Positions 7,579-16,239 of a DNA stretch of 20,000 nucleotides are shown here, piece by piece. The DNA is from an uncultured virus (IMG/VR IMGVR_UViG_3300042350_004632) (Duplodnaviria; Heunggongvirae; Uroviricota; Caudoviricetes). The stretch is from IMG/VR virus record IMGVR_UViG_3300042350_004632, positions 52,314 through 72,313 of that record; one strand, 5' to 3'. Within the stretch, counting starts at the first letter, position 1, and every line of letters starts with the position of its first letter. The notes below the pieces were generated by a model. That model had not been told where the DNA came from. It saw only the letters and a list, made by a program, of their open reading frames with translations, and did not search any database. The translations under genes were made by a program, and so were the position numbers.

Positions 7579-7972
7579 GGGGGTAACATGGTATCGATTC
7601 GTAATCGGAGGATAGTATCACATGCAGAGGGAAGGCGTTCAAACCTCTTTAATATCCATGCTAAACAATAACTGACGAAATGTCAACAATGACCTTCGAC
7701 GACCTTATGGCGTTCGTAGGCGCCGACTACGCTGTAGCAGCTTAGTCCGCATCGGGTATGAAATCCTAGGAACAGAATTCATTGAGTACTCACAATCGAC
7801 TCATTAAATAAGGACTGTGAATTAGTTTTCTCTGTAGTCATAAAACAGAGTGGTGGATTCAGACCATGACGGTCATGCCCATTACGGTGCAATAGAAATA
7901 TAGTACTAAGCGTGTGAGACGTTGGTATTATTGTTCATTACGAAGACGTGGGTTCGAATCCCACTACCTCCA
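7579..7972 (+). ncRNA. ssrA: tmRNA
   Basis: GGGGGTA/TACCTCC acceptor with G3:U70, discriminator A, T-arm GTGGG-TTCGAAT-CCCAC, CATGC/GCGTG helix, ATAACT resume context, tag ORF 7674-7745 ending YAVAA*. Confidence 0.95.
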
Positions 7973-7997
7973 CTATATTTATAATAAATAATTATAT

Positions 7998-8087
7998 ATG
8001 AACACAATTGATATAGTTGCTGTAGCAACAGTGTTAGTAGTATCAGCTATATTTGGTATAGCATTTTTATATAAAAAAAACAAATGA
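7998..8087 (+). CDS. Small membrane peptide (29 aa), not in the ORF track
   Basis: MNTIDIVAVATVLVVSAIFGIAFLYKKNK*; single TM with basic tail; ATGA overlap with the next gene. Confidence 0.6.
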   Translation: MNTIDIVAVATVLVVSAIFGIAFLYKKNK

Positions 8088-9085
8088 CAGAACTAAAAGA
8101 TTTTTATTATATCTACACTCTTGTAGGTACTAATTATATCAAACCAGTTATTCAAAGTTTTCAATTTGTTCCGAAAGAAGCTAATATTGTTATTGTAACT
8201 AACACACCAGAAATATTAAAGGATGTTAAAGTTGATTTCAATTTAATAATATCTGATTTAGAATCATTAAGAGATGATTGGAGTAAAGAACATGAATATC
8301 TAATTCAGGAAACTGATGACCAAAAATATATGGATCAGTTAAGAGAGTTATATAAGGAAAGCTATAAATTTCCTATGGGTATAATGAGGTACGGAATGAA
8401 GTGGGCAATAGAAAATAATATAACAAAATTTGCTTTAGTAGACTGTGGTGTAAAAGTAAATTATGTTTTCAATCCTCAACCTGCACTTGATAAATTCAAT
8501 GAATTAGGAGCAACTAAAAATTTATTATTTGGTTCTCCTATGTTAGGTGAAGGTGGTGATTTTGCTCATTTATTATCTAATAATTATTTTAAAAATATAT
8601 TTACTAAGTATAATGTACGAATAGATAATTTAAATGATTCATATTTATTTGAATGGAAAGAAAATTATATAGGTGATATTACATTTGATGGTTGGATAAG
8701 AGGATTTTGGTTTAATGATATTAAGTTAATAGAGTTATATTTCAATTTATGGAATGACATAACAAAACAAACTTATAACAGTAATGATATGTATCCAATA
8801 CTTCAAACAAGTCATTGGATACAAGCATTTGAATGGGTTAGTATTATACTTAATTCAGTATTTGCTATCAATTATAATACTATGATTTGTGGAACATGGG
8901 ATATAGCTCATCACATTAGACATCCAGAAATTGATTTTTTCGCCGCTGATTATAAAATGGGACAAGAAAATTTTGAATGGGTACCAACTGAAACTAGAGA
9001 TGAATTTTTAAAAATAAATAGAGAAAAATTATTAAAATGGTATGGTCCAGAGAGAGCAAAAGATATTGTATATGGATGGACTTAA
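8084..9085 (+). CDS. Hypothetical protein, possibly a GT-A-fold glycosyltransferase
   Basis: 333 aa. N-terminal YTLVGTNY, IVIVTN, and hydrophobic strand FALVDCG at a DxD-like position. The fold call is tentative. Confidence 0.5.
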   Translation: MTELKDFYYIYTLVGTNYIKPVIQSFQFVPKEANIVIVTNTPEILKDVKVDFNLIISDLESLRDDWSKEHEYLIQETDDQKYMDQLRELYKESYKFPMGIMRYGMKWAIENNITKFALVDCGVKVNYVFNPQPALDKFNELGATKNLLFGSPMLGEGGDFAHLLSNNYFKNIFTKYNVRIDNLNDSYLFEWKENYIGDITFDGWIRGFWFNDIKLIELYFNLWNDITKQTYNSNDMYPILQTSHWIQAFEWVSIILNSVFAINYNTMICGTWDIAHHIRHPEIDFFAADYKMGQENFEWVPTETRDEFLKINREKLLKWYGPERAKDIVYGWT

Positions 9086-9147
9086 AAATAAATAATACTT
9101 AGCACAGTTCTCAAAAGTTTTACTGTCCCAGGCTAAGTTTTTATTCC

Positions 9148-9177
9148 AGGCAACCAGCAATGGTTGCCTTTTTTTTT
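9148..9177 (+). terminator. Rho-independent terminator
   Basis: AGGCAACCA-GCAA-TGGTTGCCT followed by a T run. Confidence 0.92.
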
Positions 9178-9258
9178 ACTATAATATTTATATGTGTAAT
9201 AAATTAGGTTGTATATTAATATATACAATCTTTTTCTGTTTAAATAAAAATTAAAAGT

Positions 9259-9501
9259 ATGAAAAAATTCTTCAGTCAATTATTTGACGACAACAACACT
9301 ATTAATGAAAAAGCTATTATTGGTTTTTTAGCATTTTGCATGATGTGTGCATTTGCTATAGCTGATATAGTTACAGGCGCCATGAACAAACCATTGTTAG
9401 TAAATGAATTTATTTATGATTCATTTAAAGTATTAACAATTGCTTGTTTCGGAATTGCTTCTGTAGATAAGTTCATTAACAAGAAAAAAGAAGCAGAGTA
9501 A
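9259..9501 (+). CDS. Small two-TM membrane protein (holin-like topology)
   Basis: 80 aa, two hydrophobic helices, charged C-terminus. Confidence 0.65.
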   Translation: MKKFFSQLFDDNNTINEKAIIGFLAFCMMCAFAIADIVTGAMNKPLLVNEFIYDSFKVLTIACFGIASVDKFINKKKEAE

Positions 9502-9511
9502 ATAAACAATA

Positions 9512-9907
9512 ATGGATAACCTAAGTAAATTTGTTCCATTATTCCTAAATGGAGGTTGGATAGTATTACTTATTGGAGCAGCAGGAATGATCGCCAGGCT
9601 TGCGACAAGCAAGAATCCTGAAGATAAAACTCCTTCACAAGTTATTAGTAATATATCTGCCTCCATGATTGCTTCTCTAATTGCTTGGTTCATATTAGAG
9701 CAGTTTGAAGTGCCATCCATGTATAAAGCTATTACTTATGGATTGGTAGGATTAAACTCTCCTGAGTTATTAACAGGCATAGTTAAGATATCTACAAACT
9801 TTGCTAACAACCCAACAGATTTTATTAAAAATATAAAAACAGGTGGAACACCACCTCAAAAAAAAAGAATAATTAAAAAATCAAAGTCACGAATCAAAAG
9901 AGGTTAA
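9512..9907 (+). CDS. Multi-pass membrane protein with Lys-rich tail
   Basis: 131 aa, about 3 hydrophobic segments, C-terminus KKRIIKKSKSRIKRG. Confidence 0.7.
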   Translation: MDNLSKFVPLFLNGGWIVLLIGAAGMIARLATSKNPEDKTPSQVISNISASMIASLIAWFILEQFEVPSMYKAITYGLVGLNSPELLTGIVKISTNFANNPTDFIKNIKTGGTPPQKKRIIKKSKSRIKRG

Positions 9908-9908
9908 T

Positions 9909-10613
9909 ATGAAGAGTTCAACAATTATGATCATTCTTACAGCGATAATAATAGCTGTAGCATTATTTGGAAAGCATGTAAATGATAAAATACAAGCATC
10001 CGCCACTACAATTTTAGAAGACAGATTAAAGCCAGGACCCCTTTTATCACACAGATTTGATTACTACGGAACCTACATCAGTAGTGCGTTATCTACCAGC
10101 ATTATTAATGTAGATACGCTACTTACTCATAAAGATGAGATAATGGAAGTAAGAGAACAAACAGGTAAAGAGTGGAAAGCTTATCTTTCTACATATTTAG
10201 TTCCTGAAGAAGACTCAGTTGCTAAGTTATCTGATAAGCAAATGATTGACATTGATGAAAAACTTGATGATATATTTAAGTTAGCTGAAACTGATAAAAT
10301 AGGTGCTCAAAAATTATTAGAGCAAAGTAATATTAAAGAAGAGCTACTATCAGTAACAGACAGGATTAACTGGTTAACAGATTTACAGTCTAGAATTGGT
10401 CAAGAAGAAACAGTTAAGATGTTATCACTTATCCGAATATTTGATAACTTTATGATTGGTTGTTTAGCATTAGCTATAATGCTAAGTGGATCAATATTCT
10501 ATTCAGCTATAAGAGATAGAAAAAAAGCTCAACCTGTAAAAAAGACAGCTAGGAGAGTAACTAAAAAACCAATAGCAAAAAAGAAACCAATTAAAAAACC
10601 AATAAGAAGATAA
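9909..10613 (+). CDS. Two-TM protein with a putative four-helix-bundle (4HB_MCP-like) periplasmic sensor domain
   Basis: TM1, then LEDRLKP...WKAYLSTYLVPEE, then TM2 and a short Lys/Arg tail. These motifs resemble 4HB_MCP_1 ligand-binding domains. Confidence 0.6.
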   Translation: MKSSTIMIILTAIIIAVALFGKHVNDKIQASATTILEDRLKPGPLLSHRFDYYGTYISSALSTSIINVDTLLTHKDEIMEVREQTGKEWKAYLSTYLVPEEDSVAKLSDKQMIDIDEKLDDIFKLAETDKIGAQKLLEQSNIKEELLSVTDRINWLTDLQSRIGQEETVKMLSLIRIFDNFMIGCLALAIMLSGSIFYSAIRDRKKAQPVKKTARRVTKKPIAKKKPIKKPIRR

Positions 10614-10620
10614 ATTAAAA

Positions 10621-11076
10621 ATGAAAAACATTATAATAATAATACTACTCCTAATAAGTTCAGCAGCGTACAGTCAAAAAAACTATGTATATGCTGGTAC
10701 AGGGTTGTTTTTTAATTCTCCCATCAAAGATTGGAAAAATACACTAGGTGCTAATGTTGAATACGGCAGGTATTTAAAATCAGGAATATCGATAGGAGTT
10801 AACTTTGGATACTGGTCATTGCTGAAAGGATATGAGTATAATGGCGCAAAGATAACTTTTCCGCTCTACAGCAATAAGTATTATTCCTTTTCCTTTAGCG
10901 GCGGCTTAAACTACTTTTATGCATTCAAAGATATCTTAGCTGAATACGATTTAAATAATAATTTATATATTTTTAAAGATAAATCAATATCACTATCTCT
11001 AAATTACTGTAGACAAAGTGGTTTAGGGTATGATAAAGCAGAAAGTTTTAATTTTGGAATAAATAAAGATTTTTAA
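10621..11076 (+). CDS. Small outer-membrane beta-barrel protein
   Basis: Signal peptide ending AYS-Q, alternating Gly/aromatic strands, C-terminal Phe (FNFGINKDF). Confidence 0.65.
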   Translation: MKNIIIIILLLISSAAYSQKNYVYAGTGLFFNSPIKDWKNTLGANVEYGRYLKSGISIGVNFGYWSLLKGYEYNGAKITFPLYSNKYYSFSFSGGLNYFYAFKDILAEYDLNNNLYIFKDKSISLSLNYCRQSGLGYDKAESFNFGINKDF

Positions 11077-11121
11077 AAAATAGTGTATAAAAAATTATTG
11101 TTATTATTAAACAAACACTAA

Positions 11122-11153
11122 TTTGGCTTGACCGAGATAAGACGTTATATTTA
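11122..11153 (+). promoter_or_regulatory. Bacteroidota-type promoter
   Basis: TTTG (11122-11125), 20-nt spacer, TATATTTA (11146-11153). Confidence 0.6.
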
Positions 11154-11175
11154 ATTATATAAAAAAATAAATTTT

Positions 11176-11379
11176 ATGAAAAAAGTTATGATTGTATTAG
11201 CAACTGTTGTATTTACAGCTTGCGGAGGAAACAGTTCAACAGAACAGACAACTACTGACAGTTTAGTAGTATCAGACAGTGCATCAGTAGTTGATTCAGC
11301 TATATCAGCTACAGACTCTACCACATCTCAAATTCCAGTAGGTGGAGAAACACCAAACCGTCCAGTTCCAGTTAAGTAA
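11176..11379 (+). CDS. Small Ser/Thr/Asp-rich lipoprotein
   Basis: MKKVMIVLATVVFTA-CGG lipobox; low-complexity DS/T-rich body. Confidence 0.8.
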   Translation: MKKVMIVLATVVFTACGGNSSTEQTTTDSLVVSDSASVVDSAISATDSTTSQIPVGGETPNRPVPVK

Positions 11380-11385
11380 GTAAAA

Positions 11386-11416
11386 GGGGACTCATTTGAG
11401 TCCCCATTTTTTTTTA
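11386..11416 (+). terminator. Rho-independent terminator
   Basis: GGGGACTC-ATTT-GAGTCCCC followed by a T run. Confidence 0.92.
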
Positions 11417-11431
11417 TTATTAATTAAGGTT

Positions 11432-11932
11432 ATGTATAGAATAAAACAATTCTTCAAACAAATCTACAATTTAATTCGTTGGTTTCCTATTATCTGGAAA
11501 GACCAAGATTGGGATGATCATTTCATTTTTGAAATACTCAAATTTAAACTTAAAAATCAAGCTAAGTATATTGGTGATAAAGATAGACATACTAGAGCTA
11601 AACGTGATGCTGAAATAATGATGCTGTGTGTTCGTTTAATTGAAAAAGTACAAAGCGAATATTATGGGATGGAATACATTGATTATTACAAATCAGATAT
11701 TAAATTTATACCTAGTATTTCCCATCCAGGTAGTTATGAAATGGATGAGGAACCAATATCAGAACATTATGATGATTATTTTAAAAAATATCCATTAATA
11801 TATAGAATGGTTCCTGATTTACAAGCACCTAAAGCAAAAATTGCACTTCAAATAGCTAGAATAAATGAAGAACGAGCACATAAATTACTATTTAAAATAT
11901 TAGAACAAAACATTAGAGGATGGTGGGATTAA
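11432..11932 (+). CDS. Hypothetical protein (start revised to ATG 11432)
   Basis: The track start at 11396 lies inside the terminator. From 11432 it reads MYRIKQFF...WFPIIWKDQDWD...RGWWD. Confidence 0.75.
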   Translation: MYRIKQFFKQIYNLIRWFPIIWKDQDWDDHFIFEILKFKLKNQAKYIGDKDRHTRAKRDAEIMMLCVRLIEKVQSEYYGMEYIDYYKSDIKFIPSISHPGSYEMDEEPISEHYDDYFKKYPLIYRMVPDLQAPKAKIALQIARINEERAHKLLFKILEQNIRGWWD

Positions 11933-12066
11933 CAGTTATATTAATTATAATTTTTATCTGGTTATCATATGAACTATGGAGAGCTCCATTAATAGAGGAA
12001 CATACCGGAAAAATTATTAGACCAGCAAAAAAATTATCAGACTTATTTAAAAATAAAAAACAATGA
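11920..12066 (+). CDS. Small membrane protein (48 aa), not in the ORF track
   Basis: MVGLTVILIIIFIWLSYELWRAPLIEEHTGKIIRPAKKLSDLFKNKKQ*; overlaps both neighbours. Confidence 0.55.
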   Translation: MVGLTVILIIIFIWLSYELWRAPLIEEHTGKIIRPAKKLSDLFKNKKQ

Positions 12067-12221
12067 TAGGATTAATTTTACTTATAATAGCTATATCAAT
12101 TACAATAGCTTGGTTATGGGCTGGAGGAATTATTTATATGCATAAGCATCATAAAGATTATAAAGGTAAAGATTTTTTGGATTGGGAAATTGATGATGAA
12201 GATAAGGATCGAATATTTTGA
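12063..12221 (+). CDS. Small membrane protein (52 aa), not in the ORF track
   Basis: MIGLILLIIAISITIAWLWAGGIIYMHKHHKDYKGKDFLDWEIDDEDKDRIF*; ATGA coupling to the previous ORF. Confidence 0.65.
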   Translation: MIGLILLIIAISITIAWLWAGGIIYMHKHHKDYKGKDFLDWEIDDEDKDRIF

Positions 12222-12248
12222 CTTTATTTCATTTTATAAATTAAGGTT

Positions 12249-12452
12249 ATGAGAACAGAAACTGAACGTTTAGCAAGTTATAAATCAGCATTTTTAGAGA
12301 AAGTTAAGAAATGGAACTGGAGTGATTATGATGATGACAAACCTAGAAAACCTAGAGGTAGAAAAGCCAAAGTAGTAGAACGACCACCTGCTCAACCTAG
12401 ATCTAAAGGTGAACAACAAGTAGTTAACAAATTTTTTAATTACATTAAATAA
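12249..12452 (+). CDS. Hypothetical basic protein (67 aa)
   Basis: Contains KPRKPRGRKAK (AT-hook-like PRGR). Confidence 0.65.
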   Translation: MRTETERLASYKSAFLEKVKKWNWSDYDDDKPRKPRGRKAKVVERPPAQPRSKGEQQVVNKFFNYIK

Positions 12453-12457
12453 AAGTT

Positions 12458-13261
12458 ATGAATATAGTTTATAATATTGATTCCCAAACAGGTAAATTAA
12501 AACTTAAGTTTAAACAAAATATTCTTGATAACCTAGATAAAGATGCTAAAGAAGCATTTAATAAGTATATTTTACCTATGTTAACAATGAATAATAAATT
12601 TGTTTTAACAGGTAGTTTATCTCTTAGATTACTAGGTCTTGAACCTATGAGTCCTATAGGTGATTTTGATTTTGGTTTAAGAGAAGAATTTACTGAAGAA
12701 GATTATAATAATATAAAAAACTTCTTTGATTTAAATGATATGAAAGTAGGATATGGTTGGGATGGAGCTGGTGAAAAATTCAAAATACCATATAAATTTG
12801 ATCCTAAAGAACGTATGTGGCAATTTTCAAAATCATGGGATGACGTAGAAAATGATATTCTCGGAGTTGATCTTTCAGTTCATAAATATTTTAAAATAGA
12901 TATATTTAATGATGAAATACTTAGAAAAAAAGATATCATAACTATATATTATGATGATTTTGAACTTCGTCTTGTACATCCTAGCATTACTTATAGTTAC
13001 AGAATGAGATACGCTTTAGATCCTAGATCATCCACTGCTTTTAAGTATTGGGAACGTATGGTAAGTTTTATAAAAGATGCTAAACCTTATTATAATACAC
13101 TTAGAGCTTTATATAATATGATAGCTCGTGTTAATGAACATAATATTAATATTGAGGGTGATAAAAAAAGAATTGAATATATTAGAGGATTAGTTATAAA
13201 AAGAGAGTATAACATGGATGAGTTCTTTAAAAAAGTTTGGGATGAACCTATAACTGAATAA
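12458..13261 (+). CDS. Putative nucleotidyltransferase (DNA pol beta superfamily)
   Basis: FVLTGSLSL...IGDFDFG (hG[GS]...DxD) and a third acidic residue in KIDIF. Confidence 0.65.
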   Translation: MNIVYNIDSQTGKLKLKFKQNILDNLDKDAKEAFNKYILPMLTMNNKFVLTGSLSLRLLGLEPMSPIGDFDFGLREEFTEEDYNNIKNFFDLNDMKVGYGWDGAGEKFKIPYKFDPKERMWQFSKSWDDVENDILGVDLSVHKYFKIDIFNDEILRKKDIITIYYDDFELRLVHPSITYSYRMRYALDPRSSTAFKYWERMVSFIKDAKPYYNTLRALYNMIARVNEHNINIEGDKKRIEYIRGLVIKREYNMDEFFKKVWDEPITE

Positions 13262-13274
13262 ACAATATAAATTT

Positions 13275-14351
13275 ATGAATAATATAGATCGTCAATATAA
13301 AGAATTATTACTTGATTTAATACATTTCGGAGTAGATAAAGCAGATAGAACAGGAACTGGAACTAAATCAATATTTGGTAGACAGATTAGACACAACATG
13401 AAAGAAGGATTTCCATTATTAACTACAAAGAAGATGGCTTGGAAAGCAATTGTAACTGAATTAATGTGGTTTTTAAGAGGTGACACTAATATCAAATATC
13501 TTGTTGATAATGATTGTCATATTTGGGATGGTGACGCTTTCAAAAATTTTATGAGTAATAGTGAGGATGATGAAGATCCTGATTTTTCAATTTGGAATAT
13601 AGGACAATTTATAAATTTAATTAAAACCGATGATGAATTTGCTAATAAGTGGGGTGAGTTAGGACCAATCTACGGTAAGCAATGGAGAAGTTGGGAAGGA
13701 TTAGATAAAACAACAAGCACTTGGGAAGACTTTCCTATTGAAATAGATCAAATCGCAAATCTAATCTCCGAACTCAAAACAAATCCTGATAGTAGAAGAT
13801 TAATGGTATCGGCTTGGAATGTAGGTGAGTTAGACCAAATGGTATTACCACCTTGTCATTATGGATTTCAAATTTATACGAGAGAGTTAGATGAAACAGA
13901 ACGAGTTAAACTTATGGATAAACATTTATGTTTGACTGAAAAAGATAATCTACCTCAATACTATACAGTAGAGGAATTAAAAGAGAATAATATACCAACA
14001 CGAGCAATTTCATTAATGTGGAATCAAAGAAGTGTAGATACATTTTTAGGACTACCATTTAATATAGCATCTTATGCTTTGTTATTAGAAATAATTGCTA
14101 AGTTAGTTAATATGGTACCCGATGAATTGATTGGCAATTTAGGTGATGTTCATTTATATAACAATCATTTAGAACAAGCAGCAGAACAATGTTCAAGACA
14201 TCCTTATGAATTACCTAAACTAAAAATGAATCCTATATTTTTAGCTAACTTAGAACATAAAGGATTTGATGAAACAATACACGGACAAGTCAATTTTGAA
14301 TTAGAAAATTACCAATCACATCCAGCAATTAAAGCACCATTAAGTAATTAA
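13275..14351 (+). CDS. thyA: Thymidylate synthase
   Basis: DRTGTGT, FPLLTTKK, ELMWFLRG, LGPIYGKQWR, DSRRLMVSAWN, LPPCH, QRSVDTFLGLPFNIASY, GDVHLYNNH. Confidence 0.98.
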   Translation: MNNIDRQYKELLLDLIHFGVDKADRTGTGTKSIFGRQIRHNMKEGFPLLTTKKMAWKAIVTELMWFLRGDTNIKYLVDNDCHIWDGDAFKNFMSNSEDDEDPDFSIWNIGQFINLIKTDDEFANKWGELGPIYGKQWRSWEGLDKTTSTWEDFPIEIDQIANLISELKTNPDSRRLMVSAWNVGELDQMVLPPCHYGFQIYTRELDETERVKLMDKHLCLTEKDNLPQYYTVEELKENNIPTRAISLMWNQRSVDTFLGLPFNIASYALLLEIIAKLVNMVPDELIGNLGDVHLYNNHLEQAAEQCSRHPYELPKLKMNPIFLANLEHKGFDETIHGQVNFELENYQSHPAIKAPLSN

Positions 14352-14378
14352 CCTAAATTCTTTAACTATATTTAAATT

Positions 14379-15116
14379 ATGAAAACAATAATATTAGGCG
14401 ATACACATGGTCGTTCCAATTGGAAACTAGCCATACATCAGGAACAACCTGATAGGATTATCTTTATAGGTGACTACTTTGATTCATTTGATATTCCAGG
14501 AGTAGAACAAATTCATAATTTTAAAGAGATTATTCAATACAAAGAAAATAATCCACAAATTGAAGTTACATTATTAATTGGCAATCACGACCATCACTAC
14601 TTTCCAGAAATTGGATACACAGGTACAAGTGGATATCAATCTGGAATTGCACCTTCAATTACTCAAGTAATAGATGAAAATAGATATCATTTACAAATGG
14701 CTTATGGATTCGGAGATTATCTATTCACTCATGCTGGTGTAAGTCCTATATTCATGGATCAAGTATTTGGATCTGATGGTTGGTCTAAAGAGAGTATTGT
14801 AGTTGACTTAAATGAACTATTTAAATACAAACCTAAAGCATTTGAATTTAATGGCTTTGATGGTTATGGAGATAATACAACGCAAACTCCAATTTGGATT
14901 AGACCAGGTTCACTTATGAGTGCAAATAAAAAACATGATAAAGGATTAAAGAAAGATTATATTCAAATTGTAGGTCATACTCAAATGAGACGACTTGACC
15001 TAAAAGGATCAGATAAATTTACTGGTGGTAGATATTATTTTATAGATACAATGGATACATCAGGAGAATATCTTATAGTAGAAGACAATCAATTAAAAAC
15101 TAATTCAGTAAAATAA
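14379..15116 (+). CDS. Calcineurin-like metallophosphoesterase
   Basis: GDTHG, GDYFD, GNHD, HAG and GHT motifs. Confidence 0.93.
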   Translation: MKTIILGDTHGRSNWKLAIHQEQPDRIIFIGDYFDSFDIPGVEQIHNFKEIIQYKENNPQIEVTLLIGNHDHHYFPEIGYTGTSGYQSGIAPSITQVIDENRYHLQMAYGFGDYLFTHAGVSPIFMDQVFGSDGWSKESIVVDLNELFKYKPKAFEFNGFDGYGDNTTQTPIWIRPGSLMSANKKHDKGLKKDYIQIVGHTQMRRLDLKGSDKFTGGRYYFIDTMDTSGEYLIVEDNQLKTNSVK

Positions 15117-15117
15117 A

Positions 15118-15342
15118 ATGGGTAGGAAAAAGAAAGAAAATAAACCGATAGACTGTATTCAACCTGAATTTATTGTTTATAGTGATTTAGGTTATTATTG
15201 TGGGATGGGATTTGGTGGTGAGTTTCAATGGTCACAACATGAAAAAGAAGCTAAACCATTAAACCATATTAATAAGTACCATACTATAAAATATTTGGCG
15301 CCTCGAAATATTGACATTATATTTGAATATATTAAAAAATAA
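15118..15342 (+). CDS. Hypothetical protein (74 aa)
   Basis: Tightly packed ORF; no recognised motif. Confidence 0.65.
   Translation: MGRKKKENKPIDCIQPEFIVYSDLGYYCGMGFGGEFQWSQHEKEAKPLNHINKYHTIKYLAPRNIDIIFEYIKK
15294..15325 (+). promoter_or_regulatory. Perfect Bacteroidota sigma-A promoter upstream of the clamp loader
   Basis: TTTG (15294-15297), 20-nt spacer, TATATTTG (15318-15325). Confidence 0.65.
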
Positions 15343-15347
15343 AAGTT

Positions 15348-16238
15348 ATGTTTAATACAAAACATACTCTTTGGGTAGAGAAATATCGTCCTAGTATTTT
15401 AGAAGGATATTTAGGTAATGAAGAGTTTATTAATAGTTTACAAGGATGGATTGATAAAAATGATTTTCCTAATCTATTACTTCATGGATCAGCTGGTACT
15501 GGTAAAACAACAGCTGCTAAATTAGTTGTAGGAAATATCAATTGTGATTTTATATATCTAAATTGTTCTGATGAGAATGGTATTGATACAATTAGAGATA
15601 AAGTAAAACAATTTGCTTCTGGAGCTACATTTAAACCACTTAAAGTGGTTATATTAGATGAAGCTGATTTCTTAACTATAAATGCTCAAGCGGCACTTAG
15701 GAATGTTATTGAATCATTTAGTTTAACAACTAGATTTATATTTACTTGTAATTTTGTAGAGCGTATTATTGATCCATTACAATCAAGATTAACGTCATTT
15801 GCATTAAATACTCCCGAACCTAAAACCATAGCTAAACGTTTAAAGGAAATACTTGATATAGAACAAATAGAGTATGATATTAAAGATGTAGTTGAAATAA
15901 TCAAAAAAACATATCCTGATATTAGACGAGCACTTAATTCACTTCAGGGTCTATCAATTGGAGGTAAATTAATAGCTAAAAATATTATTGATAGTCATTA
16001 TACAGAACAAATAATTAATGAAGTCAAATCAAAGAAAAAAACATCATTTAATAATATCAGACAACTTATAGCAGATAATAATGTGACTGATTTTACAGGT
16101 TTATATAAGGAACTACATAATGAGTTCTCATCACCTGATGCTACTATAATTATAGAAGAATACTTATTTCATTCAACAACTATACCTGATAAAGAAATAT
16201 GTTTTATGTCCGCAATCGCTAAACTTTTAAATATATAA
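15348..16238 (+). CDS. Clamp loader AAA+ subunit (gp44/RFC small subunit-like)
   Basis: LWVEKYRP, Walker A GSAGTGKT, Walker B ILDEAD, AQAALR, LQSRL, DIRRALN. Confidence 0.95.
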   Translation: MFNTKHTLWVEKYRPSILEGYLGNEEFINSLQGWIDKNDFPNLLLHGSAGTGKTTAAKLVVGNINCDFIYLNCSDENGIDTIRDKVKQFASGATFKPLKVVILDEADFLTINAQAALRNVIESFSLTTRFIFTCNFVERIIDPLQSRLTSFALNTPEPKTIAKRLKEILDIEQIEYDIKDVVEIIKKTYPDIRRALNSLQGLSIGGKLIAKNIIDSHYTEQIINEVKSKKKTSFNNIRQLIADNNVTDFTGLYKELHNEFSSPDATIIIEEYLFHSTTIPDKEICFMSAIAKLLNI

Positions 16239-16239
16239 T

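Noticed and set aside
8027..9109. Possible third long-range stem around ORF 8084-9085 (AACAGTGTTAGTAGTAT vs ATACTTAGCACAGTT)
   Set aside because: It needs a mismatch, a bulge and a G-U pair in AT-rich sequence, and the right arm has a better local hairpin; not distinguishable from chance.
11396..11431. Track start codon at 11396
   Set aside because: It falls within the terminator hairpin and T-run; ATG 11432 is the plausible start.
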